A stretch of 64,000 bases of DNA from Armatimonadota bacterium. GTDB taxonomy: Bacteria; Armatimonadota; SYMT01. Positions within the stretch are counted from its first letter, which is position 1, and each line of letters begins with the position of its first letter. The notes under the pieces are model-generated. The model did not search any database. It was not told the DNA's origin and was given only the letters and a program-made list of their open reading frames with translations. Shown in pieces: positions 9,654-20,890 of this stretch. The translations under genes and the position numbers were made by a program. The stretch lies in NCBI GenBank assembly GCA_046292385.1, contig JBKBRF010000023.1, positions 32,001-96,000 of the forward strand, written 5' to 3'.

Positions 9654-10025
9654 GTGCGAGTCCTGATCGTAGATGATCACGAAGATTACGCGAACATGTT
9701 CGCGGAGATGCTCCAGCTCTGGGGGTACACGGTTCGGGTCGCCTATTCCGGAGGCGAAGCGCTCACTGCGGCGCGAGAGTTCGCGCCGGAGGTAGTGCTG
9801 TGCGACCTGGTGATGCCGGAGATCGACGGCTGCCAGGTCGCCGAGCAGCTCTGCCGGGAGGCAACCTTCACCGAGACCCGCTTCGTAGCGCTCACCGGCA
9901 TGACGACCAGCGAAGTCCGGGACCGCGCCCTGGCCGCCGGCTTCGAGCGCGTCCTGCTCAAGCCTTTCGACCTCCACGACCTCCGCCGCCTCTTGGAAAA
10001 CCCGGGTGCTGAGGAGCCTGTGTAA
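9654..10025 (+). CDS. Single-domain response regulator (receiver)
   Basis: VLIVDD, CDLVMPEIDG, ALTG and LKPF motifs. Confidence 0.9.
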   Translation: MRVLIVDDHEDYANMFAEMLQLWGYTVRVAYSGGEALTAAREFAPEVVLCDLVMPEIDGCQVAEQLCREATFTETRFVALTGMTTSEVRDRALAAGFERVLLKPFDLHDLRRLLENPGAEEPV

Positions 10026-10213
10026 GAAAGGGAGATAAGGAGATGTGTTGGGGATAGGGGGATGAAGTTAAGGACGGAGTAGAGAGGACGGAGTGCAGAG
10101 GACCGAACCTGCCATTCACAACAGGTTCGGAATTCCGCCCTCTGCCCTCATCCCTCTGCCCTTCTAACATCCCCTTATCCCCAGCGCCATCCCCTTATCT
10201 CCTTTTCTTACAC
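10020..10213. repeat. Imperfect ~45-bp inverted repeat built from short GGAGATA/GGGGATA units
   Basis: GTGTAAGAAAGGGAGATAAGG... against ...CCTTATCTCCTTTTCTTACAC, between convergent genes. Confidence 0.75.
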
Positions 10214-10225
10214 TTCCTATAGGAG

Positions 10226-11044
10226 CTACGCGGCGAGCTTCTCGGCGGGGGTGTCCCAGTAGCGGGCGCGGTGGTAGTGGCGGCAGAGCTGTTCCTCGTA
10301 CTCGCGCGTAGGCGGCGTATTGCCGCTCCATTCCGGCGCCAAGCGCACTGCGTCGCGGGTGAGGCAAACGGTCAGCACGCCTTCGGGACCGATCGTGTTC
10401 TGGATCCAGTCCGGCGAGAGCAGCACCTTGCGTCCGCTCCACCAGGAGCCGGTGTCGATCGCCAGGTAGCGGACCCTGCCGTCGGCGTCGTCCACCAGCA
10501 GGTCGTCCACGTTCCCGATCTCCTGGCCGTCCTCCGCCACCACCGTGAAAGTCTTCAGGGTCTCTCCGCTCTTGATCCGCGGCTCGTCCGGCAGCTCCTC
10601 CTCCGGCCAGCGAGACCGGTCGTCTTCTCCGGGGGTCGCGTCAGAGGGGATCGGACCCATGGCCGCCGCCGGGCCCATCGGCCAACCCCACACCCCCGCC
10701 GCCCCCCAGGCACTCGCAGGCCCCCAGTAGAATGGGAAGCCATAGTAGCGGTGGTAGTCCGCCTCCCAACGCCGCGTAACCGGCGCGCTCAGGTCTACGG
10801 CCGGCGCGTTCTTTACCTGCTCGCGCGTCAGCTTCACGCGGAGCTGCTTCCGCGCCCAGTCGCACCCCTCCACGGACCGCGGGGAGAGCAGCACCCTCCG
10901 GCCGAAGAGCCACGGCCCGGTGCTCACCGCCCAGTAGCGGATCGTCCAGCTCTCGTCGTCCACGTAGACGTCGTCCACCTGACCGATCTCGCCGTCGGTC
11001 GCCAGGATCGAGAGCTCTCGAAAGTGCTGTAATGATCGCAGCAT
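10226..11044 (-). CDS. PRC-barrel domain protein (two PRC domains)
   Basis: ATDGEIGQVDDVYVDDESWTIRY and a second IGNVDDLLVDD...RYLAIDTGSW. RBS GGGAGG. Confidence 0.85.
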   Translation of the reverse strand: MLRSLQHFRELSILATDGEIGQVDDVYVDDESWTIRYWAVSTGPWLFGRRVLLSPRSVEGCDWARKQLRVKLTREQVKNAPAVDLSAPVTRRWEADYHRYYGFPFYWGPASAWGAAGVWGWPMGPAAAMGPIPSDATPGEDDRSRWPEEELPDEPRIKSGETLKTFTVVAEDGQEIGNVDDLLVDDADGRVRYLAIDTGSWWSGRKVLLSPDWIQNTIGPEGVLTVCLTRDAVRLAPEWSGNTPPTREYEEQLCRHYHRARYWDTPAEKLAA

Positions 11045-11084
11045 CGCTTGCCTCCCGTCCTGACTTACCCCTCCCGGCTGAGGC

Positions 11085-12428
11085 TCACACGCCGGACGGG
11101 TAGGTCTCGGGTGCTTCCCGGGTATGCTTCGCGCGCATGTGCAGCGGCCGGACGGCATGCGACTCCTCGACGTAGAGGAGCGCGTCGTAGCGGCGCGGCA
11201 GCACGGTCGGCACGTAATTGCCGAACGCCTCCCATTCCGGGTGGTAGACCACGCCGATCGCCCGGTGCCCCCGCTCTCGCTGGAGCGGCGCTGCCGCCTG
11301 CTCCCCCTCCAGCAGCAGCAGCGAGTCGCGCCCGGTCGCCTCGTGCAGCGCGTGCTCCCAGCTTCCGGGGCGTCCCGGCGGCACCGGCAGCTCTTCCATC
11401 GGCGCTTCCCAGGCGTTGGCGGCGATGACGGAGCCCCGGTGGGTGCCGAAGCCGACCAGCACCACGCCTTCCCGCCCGCGCGCTTCCCGGCAGAGCTGGC
11501 CGATATTCACCATGCCGCTCGCCGCCATGTCGGTAAAGCGGGCGTCGCCGATGTGGGTGTTGTGCTCCCAGACGATCGCCTTCGCCCGCGGACCGTGGAA
11601 GTCGGTCAGCCGCTCCAGCGTCTGCATCATGTGGCGGTCCCGCACGTTCCAGGAGTCGGGCCCGCCCATCACCATGGTGCGGTAGTAGTGCTCCGCGTTC
11701 CGCGCCACCAGCGCGTTCTGCTCCGCGTCGAAGTAGGCCTCGCGGGTGCCGTCCAGGTACTGAGGCGCGTTGCGGCGCAGCTCCAGCAGCACGGAGACGA
11801 CCTCCCGCTCGCAGCCCCCCGGCACCCAGCGGGTGGAGCGGGCGTACTCCTGCACGTCGCCGCGGAAGGCGTCGAAGCAGCCGTACGCCTCCCGTGCCCG
11901 CTGCACCGCGTCCGGCGACTGTTCCTGCAGATACTGGATCACTTCCGCCATGGAGCTCCAGAGGCTGTAGACGTCCAGGCCGTAGAACCCGATCCGCTGC
12001 GCTTCCGGCAGCTCGTCGTTCAGCTCCCGCAGCCACTCCGCCAGCTCCACGATCTCCTCGTTCGCCCACATCCAGGTCGGCCAGCGGTCGAAGGCGTGGA
12101 GCACCTCCTGCGCGCTGTTGCCGGAGTCGTGGCAGGCTTTCACGTACCGGTTCACCCGGTAGCAGTCCGGCCAGTCCCCCTCCACGGCGATGAACGAGAA
12201 GCCCTTCTCCTCGATCAACCGCTTGCTGATCTCCGTCCGCCAGGTGTAGAACTCGGAGGTCCCGTGGGTCGCCTCTCCCAGCAGGACGAACCGGGAGTCT
12301 CCGATCCGCTCCATCAGCGGGTCGAGATCGCTCGGGTCCCGCAGCGGGCGCGCAATCTCGCGGATCGCCGGGACCAGCTCGGAAAGGTCGCTGGTGCCCG
12401 GCTCGTGGCTCAGGTGCATCCGTCGCAT
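11085..12428 (-). CDS. Erythromycin esterase family protein
   Basis: LLGEATHGTSEFY, VEGDWPD and VWEHNTHIGD motifs. Confidence 0.9.
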   Translation of the reverse strand: MRRMHLSHEPGTSDLSELVPAIREIARPLRDPSDLDPLMERIGDSRFVLLGEATHGTSEFYTWRTEISKRLIEEKGFSFIAVEGDWPDCYRVNRYVKACHDSGNSAQEVLHAFDRWPTWMWANEEIVELAEWLRELNDELPEAQRIGFYGLDVYSLWSSMAEVIQYLQEQSPDAVQRAREAYGCFDAFRGDVQEYARSTRWVPGGCEREVVSVLLELRRNAPQYLDGTREAYFDAEQNALVARNAEHYYRTMVMGGPDSWNVRDRHMMQTLERLTDFHGPRAKAIVWEHNTHIGDARFTDMAASGMVNIGQLCREARGREGVVLVGFGTHRGSVIAANAWEAPMEELPVPPGRPGSWEHALHEATGRDSLLLLEGEQAAAPLQRERGHRAIGVVYHPEWEAFGNYVPTVLPRRYDALLYVEESHAVRPLHMRAKHTREAPETYPSGV

Positions 12429-12430
12429 CG

Positions 12431-13117
12431 TTACTCCTTGGCTGAGTCCTCGCTGCCGAGGTGCCGCACGAACCACTCGCCGGCGAGCCGCGCCACCTCT
12501 TCTAGGGTGCCGGGCTCCTCGAACAGGTGCGTGGCGCCCGGCACGATCACCATCTCCTTGTCGCAGGTGAGCTGTGCCAGCGCTTCCTCGTTGAGCCGGA
12601 TCACCGGCGAGTCGTGTCCACCCACGATCAGCAGGGTCGGCGCCTGCACCCGCGGCAGAAACTCTCCCGCCAGGTCCGGACGCCCCCCCCGAGAGACGAC
12701 GGCATGGATCAGTCCCGGATGCTGCGCCGCGGCAACCAGCGCCGCCCCACCACCGGTGCTCGCTCCGAAGCAGCCGACCTGCAGCGCGGCGGTCTGCCGC
12801 TGGCTGCGCAGCCAGGCCGCGGCCTCCCCGAGCCGCGAGGCGAGGAGACCGATATCGAACCGGAGTGCGCGAGTGCGCAGGTCGACCGTTTCCTCTTCTC
12901 GGGTCAACAGGTCCATCAGCAGCGTGCCCAGGCCCCGCCGCTGCAGCTCCTGGGCCACGAAACGGTTCCTCGGGCTGTGGCGGCTGCTGCCGCTGCCGTG
13001 GGCGAAGAGCACCAGACCGCGCGCGCCGGGAGGGACGATCAGGCTGCCTTCGAGCAGCTGGTCCTCCACGGGAATCTGGACCTCGCGATTGATGGCGAGG
13101 CCGGTTGAAGTCATCAT
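12431..13117 (-). CDS. Dienelactone hydrolase family alpha/beta hydrolase
   Basis: FAHGSGSSRHSPRN, GASTG nucleophile and GATHLFEE. Confidence 0.9.
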   Translation of the reverse strand: MMTSTGLAINREVQIPVEDQLLEGSLIVPPGARGLVLFAHGSGSSRHSPRNRFVAQELQRRGLGTLLMDLLTREEETVDLRTRALRFDIGLLASRLGEAAAWLRSQRQTAALQVGCFGASTGGGAALVAAAQHPGLIHAVVSRGGRPDLAGEFLPRVQAPTLLIVGGHDSPVIRLNEEALAQLTCDKEMVIVPGATHLFEEPGTLEEVARLAGEWFVRHLGSEDSAKE

Positions 13118-13312
13118 CGGGTCAGCCCTCCAGCCAGTAGTTACCCGTCCCGGCCCCGACCGAAAAGGTCACGCCCAGATTCGGGCGCGCCGCGGCGGGG
13201 CCGGAAGGATGCCGGCACGGTTCGGCCCGGAGAATTGCCGAGGGCATGGCGGCCCGGGGGGCGAAGGAGTAGATAAGCCTGGCGGCGCCGGCCGCGAGCC
13301 CGGGAGGAGACG

Positions 13313-13555
13313 ATGGCTGAGAAGACCGAGACTGTCCCCCTCAAAGAGCGCCGCATCCTCGGCCGCACCATTCCGCAGCTCGTGACCCAGGGCGCCGCGG
13401 TGGCGCTGCTCGCCACCTTCATCTTTCAGAACCAGGAGCGCGTGGCGGTGCGCTTCCTCGTCTGGGAGATCGGCGGCGCGCTCGTCTGGGCCCTCACCGC
13501 CTCCGCCGGGCTCGGCTTCCTGATCGGTTACCTCACCCGCGGCCAGAAGGGCTGA
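13313..13555 (+). CDS. LapA/DUF1049-like small membrane protein
   Basis: FIFQN..V.VRFL.W pattern, two TM helices and a GGAGGAG RBS. Confidence 0.7.
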   Translation: MAEKTETVPLKERRILGRTIPQLVTQGAAVALLATFIFQNQERVAVRFLVWEIGGALVWALTASAGLGFLIGYLTRGQKG

Positions 13556-15184
13556 TTAGGAGCCGGTACCGCTCCGGAGCGACCCCACGGCGTCGGCGGC
13601 ATGCGGAGCGACGACGGCGGTGAGTCGGTCGCCCGCGGCGAGACGCATCTCGGCGGTCGGGATGATGTCACGGAGACCGCGGCGCACCGTGATCAGCAGG
13701 CAGCCGGGGGGCAGACCCAGCTCCCGAATCTTCCGGCCGTCGAAAGGCGCGCCAGGTAGGAGCGGCATCTCCACCAGGAGCGACTCCTCCAGCTCCGGCG
13801 ACGACTGGCTCCGCAGCAGGTCGCGCTCCAACAGTGCCTCGTAGACGGGGCGGTCGCCCAGGAGGTCGGCTACCCCGTAGGCTGCCAGGCAGGCCACCAG
13901 CAGCGGCAGCATCTGCTCGTGGCTGCCGGTCATCTCCACGATCATCACGATCCCAGTCAGCGGCGCCCGCACCACGGCGGTGAAGAACGCCGCCATCCCC
14001 ACTACGGCAAAGGCGCCGGGGTGTCCTACCATCCCCGGGGCAACGTGGTCTGCCACCAGGCCTACCCCGAGCCCGACCTGCGCCCCCAGCACCAGCATCG
14101 GCGCGAAGATGCCGCCGGGCGCGCCGGTGCCGTAGCTGACCATCGTCAGGACGAAGCGCAGCACAAAGTAGAATGGGATGAGCGCCAGCGCCACCCGGCC
14201 GGAGAGCGTCTCCTCCACCAGCGGATGCCCGCCGCCCAGCATCTCCGGGGCGAACCACCCGACCAGCCCCACCCCCGCCCCGACTACCGCCGCGCGCGCC
14301 GCGGGCGCCAAACTCGTGGTACGCTGCGTGAAGGAGAGCGTCCGCAGCAGCATCCGGTTGAAGAGAACGCCGAGCACCCCCGCCACCGCTCCGAGCACTA
14401 GAAAGGCGGGAATGGAGGCGAGCGGAGGGATCGGATAGGCCGTGACGTGAAAGACGGGGAGCTGACCTAACAGCCCGCGCGCCACGATGTCGGCGGTTAC
14501 CGCGGCCACGAACGCCGCGGTGAAAACGCCTGCGGAGAAATCGCGCTGCAGCTCCTCCAGCACGAAGACGAGCCCCGCCAGCGGCGCGTTGAACGCCGCC
14601 GCCAGCCCCGCTCCGGCACCGGCGGCGACCAGTGTCTGTCGCTCCCGCGGCGTGCTCCTGAACCACTGGGCCACCGCCTGTCCGGCGGCACCCCCCATCT
14701 GAACGGTGGGGCCCTCCCGCCCCAGGACCAGCCCGCCGCCGATCGCCGTAACCCCTCCCAGGAATTTCACCGCGATGATCCGCGCGCCGATCATCCCGCG
14801 GAGCCGGTGCAGCACCGCCTTGAGGTGCGGGATCCCGCTCCCCGAGGTCTCCGGCGCGAACCGGCGGACCATCCAGACCGAGACGGCGGCGCCGAACGCC
14901 GAGTAGAGCATCGGCAGCAGCCAGCCCCACGCCGGGTAGCCGTAAGCGAGCTCGGTCAGCCGTTCCCGCAGCAGGTCCGCCGCCCGCAGGGACCAGCGAA
15001 ACGCCACCGCCACCAGGCCCGCCAGGAGACCGACCATGAGGGCGCGCGGCAGGAGGTGGCGGCGCTGCTCGTGGGAGCGGATAAAGTCCCGCACCTCCCC
15101 CACGACTGCCCGCGCCGCCTCCAGCGACGATCGCTCCTCTCCCGCCCCGCCCGTCGGTTCGAGCTCGTTCGCTTTTTCCGGCAC
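13556..15184 (-). CDS. clcA: H+/Cl- exchange transporter (ClC) with C-terminal TrkA-C domain
   Basis: GSGIP, GREGP, LEE, GGIFAP and PVY motifs, plus an RCK_C-like tail. Confidence 0.9.
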   Translation of the reverse strand: MPEKANELEPTGGAGEERSSLEAARAVVGEVRDFIRSHEQRRHLLPRALMVGLLAGLVAVAFRWSLRAADLLRERLTELAYGYPAWGWLLPMLYSAFGAAVSVWMVRRFAPETSGSGIPHLKAVLHRLRGMIGARIIAVKFLGGVTAIGGGLVLGREGPTVQMGGAAGQAVAQWFRSTPRERQTLVAAGAGAGLAAAFNAPLAGLVFVLEELQRDFSAGVFTAAFVAAVTADIVARGLLGQLPVFHVTAYPIPPLASIPAFLVLGAVAGVLGVLFNRMLLRTLSFTQRTTSLAPAARAAVVGAGVGLVGWFAPEMLGGGHPLVEETLSGRVALALIPFYFVLRFVLTMVSYGTGAPGGIFAPMLVLGAQVGLGVGLVADHVAPGMVGHPGAFAVVGMAAFFTAVVRAPLTGIVMIVEMTGSHEQMLPLLVACLAAYGVADLLGDRPVYEALLERDLLRSQSSPELEESLLVEMPLLPGAPFDGRKIRELGLPPGCLLITVRRGLRDIIPTAEMRLAAGDRLTAVVAPHAADAVGSLRSGTGS

Positions 15185-15273
15185 CCGGTCCCAACCTTCA
15201 CCACACGCGCAAGACGCCCGACCGAAACTCCGGCCGGGCGTCGCGCAACACGCGAGTCCGCTCTATACCGCTG

Positions 15274-17238
15274 CTACTTCTTCTCCGCGGGCGGCGCGGG
15301 CTTTACGGTGAGCGCCACGGCGGGCGCGGCGACCACCACATTCTTGCCGTTCCCCTGGACCACCACCGAGGAGGGACCAACGGCCGCGTTCCCCGCCGCT
15401 TCCAGCACCAGCTTGCCCTCGGTCTGGTCCTTCTTGATCGTCAGGCCTGCCGCCTTCACGTTCCCCGGCAGCCCCAGCACGGTGACCGCCACGTCTTCCT
15501 TGAAGTCGTCCTGGCGCTTCACCCGGACCGTGAGCTCCACCTTCTGGCCCGCCTGCACCTCCGCGGCGTCGCCCGTCACCTCCAGCACGTACTTCGGCGC
15601 GGCGCCGACCGCTCCCACCAGCAGCTCCGTCTCGCGCGTCTTCTGCTGGTTGGGCTGGTTCGTCAGCGGCGGCTGGTACTTCTCGGTGCCGGCGGCGCGG
15701 CGCTCCACGGTCTGCTCGCCCATCTTCGCGCTGCCGACTACGCTGATCCGCGAGTGGACCGGGGCCGTGCCGGCCGGCGCAAAGAGAGTCACCAGCGTGG
15801 AGCCCTGACCCTTGCGGATCGCCGCGGGGCTGGCCACCACCCCGGCGGGAAGCCCCTCGATCCGGAGCGGAATCTCCTCGTTGAAGCCGCCGCGGCGCTC
15901 GGCCGTAACGGTGATCACCGCGGCGGCGCCGGGCGGGATCGTCGGATTATCCGGGGCGACGGTGAGCCGGTAGTCCGGCCCCTCCGGCGGCGAGAGGCGG
16001 AGCCGGTAGTAGTAGCCGTCGCCGCCCCGTCCGCTCAGGCTCGACACCTCCGCCAGGTAGTCGCCGTCCGCGGGCGGGGTGAAGTTGAGCGCGGAGTCCT
16101 TCCCCGCGTCGTCGTCGTTCCTCGCCAGCTCTTTGCCGGACGAGTCGAGCACCCGGAGAACGGAGTCGAGCCGGGAGCCCAGCCGCCGTGCCGCGACCTC
16201 GATCCGGACCGGCTGCTTCCCTTTCGCGGAGAAGCGGTAATAGTCCCGATCTCCCATCCGGCCGATCCAGCCGCTAACGCCGCCCGGGATCTCCCCGACC
16301 TCCCCGGCTTTCGCTGCCTCGTCGTTCGGCTCGGCTTCCGAGCGCCCGGCTCCACCGGGGAAGACGGGGAACGGCGCGGACGGTCCCGTGGGTGTGGAGA
16401 CGGTGACCAGCGCCGGCTCCTCGCTGCCGCCGGGGAGCTTCACCTCGGCTTCCCGCATTGCGCCGAGGTTCACGCCCTGCACCGCCAGCTTGACCGTGCT
16501 GCCCGGCGCACCGCCCAGGGGGCTCCACCGGGTCACCACCGGCAGCTTGCCCATCGAGAGCCGGTAGGTGTACTGCGGCCCACCCCGGAAGAGGCTGTCC
16601 CGCACCTGGAGCACGTAGCGCCCCGCCTTCTTGAAGGTGTGGACCAGCCGCGGATCCCGCTCGAAGTTGTCCATCGCGAACTTCACCACGCGTCCTTCGG
16701 CGTCGTGAAGACTCAGATAGCCGTCGAGGGCGGAGTGGTGGCCGGCGGCGTTGAGCGAGAAGACCCAGGTCTCCCCCGCCTGGGCCCGGAAGACGTACGA
16801 ATCGATATCCTGTCCCTTGTCCGCGCGCCCGCTAAGTGTCACCGGGAAGGAGCTCACTTCCTGCGGCTGCTTGAGCGCGTCGTTCGGCTCCTTCTCCAGC
16901 GCGTCGGGGTACAGTCCCACCCAGATCCGCCCCGCGTTGGAGACCCCTTTCGCGGTGACGACCCGTATCTCCCGCGGTCCGACCGGGGCGTCCGCCGCGA
17001 TCGTGAGTTGGATCGGCAGACTCGCCGCCGCGCCGCCCATACCCGGTGAGGCGGAGACTCCGCTGCCGCTGACCAGCACCTCCCGGACCTCCGTCAGCGC
17101 GGCGCCCGAGACCGCGGCCGTCACCTCCGTCCCGGCCTTTCCCCCCGGGGGATAGACCGCGTTGAGACTGGGGGCCTGTGCCGCCGCCGGCAACGGGCCC
17201 AGCGCCAGACACACCGCACCCAGCAGCAGCCGTTTCAT
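15274..17238 (-). CDS. Secreted PPC (pre-peptidase C-terminal) domain protein
   Basis: Signal peptide, YPPGGKAG, repeated EKEPND/EAEPND, D.D.Y.F and LARNDD motifs. Confidence 0.8.
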   Translation of the reverse strand: MKRLLLGAVCLALGPLPAAAQAPSLNAVYPPGGKAGTEVTAAVSGAALTEVREVLVSGSGVSASPGMGGAAASLPIQLTIAADAPVGPREIRVVTAKGVSNAGRIWVGLYPDALEKEPNDALKQPQEVSSFPVTLSGRADKGQDIDSYVFRAQAGETWVFSLNAAGHHSALDGYLSLHDAEGRVVKFAMDNFERDPRLVHTFKKAGRYVLQVRDSLFRGGPQYTYRLSMGKLPVVTRWSPLGGAPGSTVKLAVQGVNLGAMREAEVKLPGGSEEPALVTVSTPTGPSAPFPVFPGGAGRSEAEPNDEAAKAGEVGEIPGGVSGWIGRMGDRDYYRFSAKGKQPVRIEVAARRLGSRLDSVLRVLDSSGKELARNDDDAGKDSALNFTPPADGDYLAEVSSLSGRGGDGYYYRLRLSPPEGPDYRLTVAPDNPTIPPGAAAVITVTAERRGGFNEEIPLRIEGLPAGVVASPAAIRKGQGSTLVTLFAPAGTAPVHSRISVVGSAKMGEQTVERRAAGTEKYQPPLTNQPNQQKTRETELLVGAVGAAPKYVLEVTGDAAEVQAGQKVELTVRVKRQDDFKEDVAVTVLGLPGNVKAAGLTIKKDQTEGKLVLEAAGNAAVGPSSVVVQGNGKNVVVAAPAVALTVKPAPPAEKK

Positions 17239-17396
17239 GGGATCCTCCGAAGATCGCGCAGGGACGTAGTCGTTTCGCGGGGAATCGTAATGAGTGTAAT
17301 GTAACCGCGGAGCGAGGGCTCGCAGGCCGGGGAGAGTGACCGCTGTCACTCCTGCCGGGAGCCTCTCACTCGACTCTCGGCGACTCGGAGGGTACG

Positions 17397-17663
17397 ATGA
17401 CGCACGCGAAGACCGCCGGACTGGCGCTCCTGGCAGTGGCGGCTGTGGGGCTGATGGTGTTTAGCCTGAAGCAGAGCTTCTTCAACGAGCCGGAACGCGC
17501 GGGCGCGCGCGAAGCCGCCATCATGAAGGCGTCGATGGAAGCCGCGATCCGCGCCGCCAAGGAGCGCGAGGCGCGAGGCGAGCGCACGGAAGGCACCTCC
17601 GCCGCCGCGAGCGCCAAGAAGGACGCCAACACGCCGGGAAAGGCGCCCGCCCCGGCGCGGTAG
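17397..17663 (+). CDS. Small membrane-anchored hypothetical protein
   Basis: GGAGGG RBS and an N-terminal TM helix. Confidence 0.65.
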   Translation: MTHAKTAGLALLAVAAVGLMVFSLKQSFFNEPERAGAREAAIMKASMEAAIRAAKEREARGERTEGTSAAASAKKDANTPGKAPAPAR

Positions 17664-17772
17664 AGCCTCGCGAGGCCGAAACCGAGGGTCGGAAGGCACG
17701 TCCCGGGCAGCCGTTGAACCTGCGTGGGGACGCATCCGCGCGTACTCCCAACCTCGAGAAGGCAATCCCCCG

Positions 17773-18513
<741 letters not shown>

Positions 18514-18601
18514 CGCCGGTGGCAGGTTGGCAGGTCCACAGGTGGGCACCCCGATAGACAGGGCTGGAAACCTGAGGCCTGCAACCTGCTAACGCAGGGA
18601 G

Positions 18602-20767
18602 CTACTTCCCGCGGAGAGCGGTGAGCGAGCCGTCCATTCCGGTCACGTAGACCACGCCGCCGGCCGGCACCGGGTCGGAGAAGACGTAGAGCCGCGGCGT
18701 CACCTGGTACTCCCAGAGCCGGCGCCCGTCCGCCGCGGCGAGCGCGACGATCCGTCCCGTCCCGCCGGCGGAGTAGACGATCCTGTCCTGCTCCGCCGGG
18801 GCGGAGGGGATGAAGCCGGTCCCCGCGGCCGCCGTCCAGAGTGGGGTGCCGTCGGCCGCCAGTTTGCGCAGGTTGCCGTCGGTGCCGCGCAGGTAGACCG
18901 CCGAGCCGTCCTCCGAGCGGGCGACGCTGGAGACCTTCTCCTGCTGCTCGCCCAGCGTGCCGGTCTCGGGGTCGAGGAGCGACAGGCGGTACATCCGGTC
19001 GGCGATCCAGACCCGGCGCCCGGCGACCACCGGCCCCGCGTCGGCCGGGCTGTAGTAGCGCGCCACCCCCGGCAGCGAGGCGGCGCTCCCGGCGCCCTTC
19101 GCCTTCCAGCGGATCTCGCCGGTGGCGGCGTCGAGCGCGTAGACGTGGCTGTCCCACGCGCCGTAGTAGAGCGTCCCCTGCTCCAGCCAGGGGCGGCTCT
19201 CGATCGAGTAGTCCGCCACGGCGCGCTCCCAGAGCTTCCGCCCGTCCGCTGCGGCCAGCGCGTAGACCCGGCCGTTGTTGGCGGCGAAGACGATGGTGTC
19301 GCCGACGGCGACCGCCGCGGAGTAGACCGGGTCGCCGACTTCGAACGACCAGCGCTGCCGCCCGCGGCGGTCGACCGCATAGAAGCGGCAGTCTCCCGAG
19401 CCGACGTAGAACGCGTCGCCGTGCGCCAGCGGCTGCGCCAGGATCTCGCCGCCGGTCCGGAAGAGCCACCGGCGCTTTCCGCTCTCCCGGCTGAAGGCGT
19501 AGAGGCCGCCATCGCCCGCGCCGGCGACCACCAGGTCTCCCGCTGCCGCCGGAGAGCCTTTGCCGGAGCCGCCCATCCGCGCGCGCCAGAGGACTCGCTT
19601 CTCCGGCGCCTCTACGTAAAAGCGAGTGGTGCGCTGGAGCTCCTCGCCGTCTTTCGCGCGGAAGGTGACCCGCAGGTAGTGACAGCCCGGCTCCCACGCG
19701 GAGGTATCCACGCTCGCGCGCCACTCGCGCCGGTCCCGCTGCAGCGTGCCGGTCCGTCCTTCCACGTCGTCCGCCTGCCAGGTCGCCGACTCCAGGTCGT
19801 CCCGGTCGATCCGGACCCGCAGCGTCGTCAGGCCGGCCTCGACGTTCGCCGAGTCGCGCGGCGCCTGGAACGTGATGCGGGGATAGCGACTCGCCTTCCG
19901 CAGGGGACGCTCCAGCAGCGGCTGGCGCGGCGCCGGCTCCCAGGCCCGGCGGTAGGCGACCCGCAGCACGCCGTCCTTTACGGAGACGACCGAGTAGCCC
20001 GGCGCATTCCCGAAGGTGCTGCCGCCCATCACCTGGTCCACCCCGGCCACCACCCGGTGCTGCGCCGCGTGGCCGTGACCCACCAGGATCAGCGCCACGT
20101 TGTAGGGGCGGAGCAGGTCGAGCAGCCGGTCGCGCTCGTAGAGCGAGGCGAGCTCGTTACTGTCGATCGGGTGATGGCAGAAGAGGAAGATCGGGGTGCT
20201 GCGGGAGACCCGCTTCAGGTCCTCCTTCAGCCAGCGGATCCCCTCTTCCCCGAACGACGGGCGCGGATCCTGCGGCGTGGCGGAGTCCCACCCGATGAAG
20301 TGACAGCCGTGCGCGTCGAAGGAGTAGTAGGGCGAGCCATGCAGCTTCCGGATCTCGTGGCGCTGGCAAGCCCAGGTGGAGTCGTGGTTGCCGGACTGGT
20401 GGTAGACCGGGAACGGCGCCCCCTTCCAGAGGTCGAGATACTGCTGCCACCAGCCCGAAAGCCCGCCGAACTCGGTGAGGTCGCCGGTCGCAATGGCGAA
20501 CGACGGCGCCGGGACCTCCACCCCGTAGCCCGGCAGCGAGATCGGCTGCGTCAGCGTCTTGATCTGCGCGATCACCTCGGTCGAGCCGAACTGCCGCTCC
20601 GGGTCCGGCCCCGTCCTGCGCGTGACACCCGGTGGGACGTGGACGTCGCTGCAGTGGATGAAGCTGAAGTCCCCCGGCCCGCCGGGCTCCGCCGCGGAGA
20701 CGAGAGAGACGAGCGTCGACGCCGCCAGCACAGCGGCGAGAGTGGTGAGCGCGCGGAGGAATCGCAT
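18602..20767 (-). CDS. Secreted metallophosphoesterase fused to a PQQ-like beta-propeller
   Basis: SDVH, TGDLT, GNHD, HHP and GHGH motifs, plus C-terminal 'YALDAATGEIRW' repeats. Confidence 0.85.
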   Translation of the reverse strand: MRFLRALTTLAAVLAASTLVSLVSAAEPGGPGDFSFIHCSDVHVPPGVTRRTGPDPERQFGSTEVIAQIKTLTQPISLPGYGVEVPAPSFAIATGDLTEFGGLSGWWQQYLDLWKGAPFPVYHQSGNHDSTWACQRHEIRKLHGSPYYSFDAHGCHFIGWDSATPQDPRPSFGEEGIRWLKEDLKRVSRSTPIFLFCHHPIDSNELASLYERDRLLDLLRPYNVALILVGHGHAAQHRVVAGVDQVMGGSTFGNAPGYSVVSVKDGVLRVAYRRAWEPAPRQPLLERPLRKASRYPRITFQAPRDSANVEAGLTTLRVRIDRDDLESATWQADDVEGRTGTLQRDRREWRASVDTSAWEPGCHYLRVTFRAKDGEELQRTTRFYVEAPEKRVLWRARMGGSGKGSPAAAGDLVVAGAGDGGLYAFSRESGKRRWLFRTGGEILAQPLAHGDAFYVGSGDCRFYAVDRRGRQRWSFEVGDPVYSAAVAVGDTIVFAANNGRVYALAAADGRKLWERAVADYSIESRPWLEQGTLYYGAWDSHVYALDAATGEIRWKAKGAGSAASLPGVARYYSPADAGPVVAGRRVWIADRMYRLSLLDPETGTLGEQQEKVSSVARSEDGSAVYLRGTDGNLRKLAADGTPLWTAAAGTGFIPSAPAEQDRIVYSAGGTGRIVALAAADGRRLWEYQVTPRLYVFSDPVPAGGVVYVTGMDGSLTALRGK

Positions 20768-20890
20768 GGGGTTTCCGGGAGAGAGCTCGCTGGGCCGGCA
20801 AACGGCCGCACCCGTTCACTCTCCACCCCCGGACCGCAGGGCTCCTCCCTGCGGCTTCAGAACCCCGCCACAGACGTACACGCCACCGCC

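Noticed and set aside
11085..12428. Macrolide resistance gene (ere)
   Set aside because: The family is widespread with mostly unknown substrates, and there is no mobile or resistance context.
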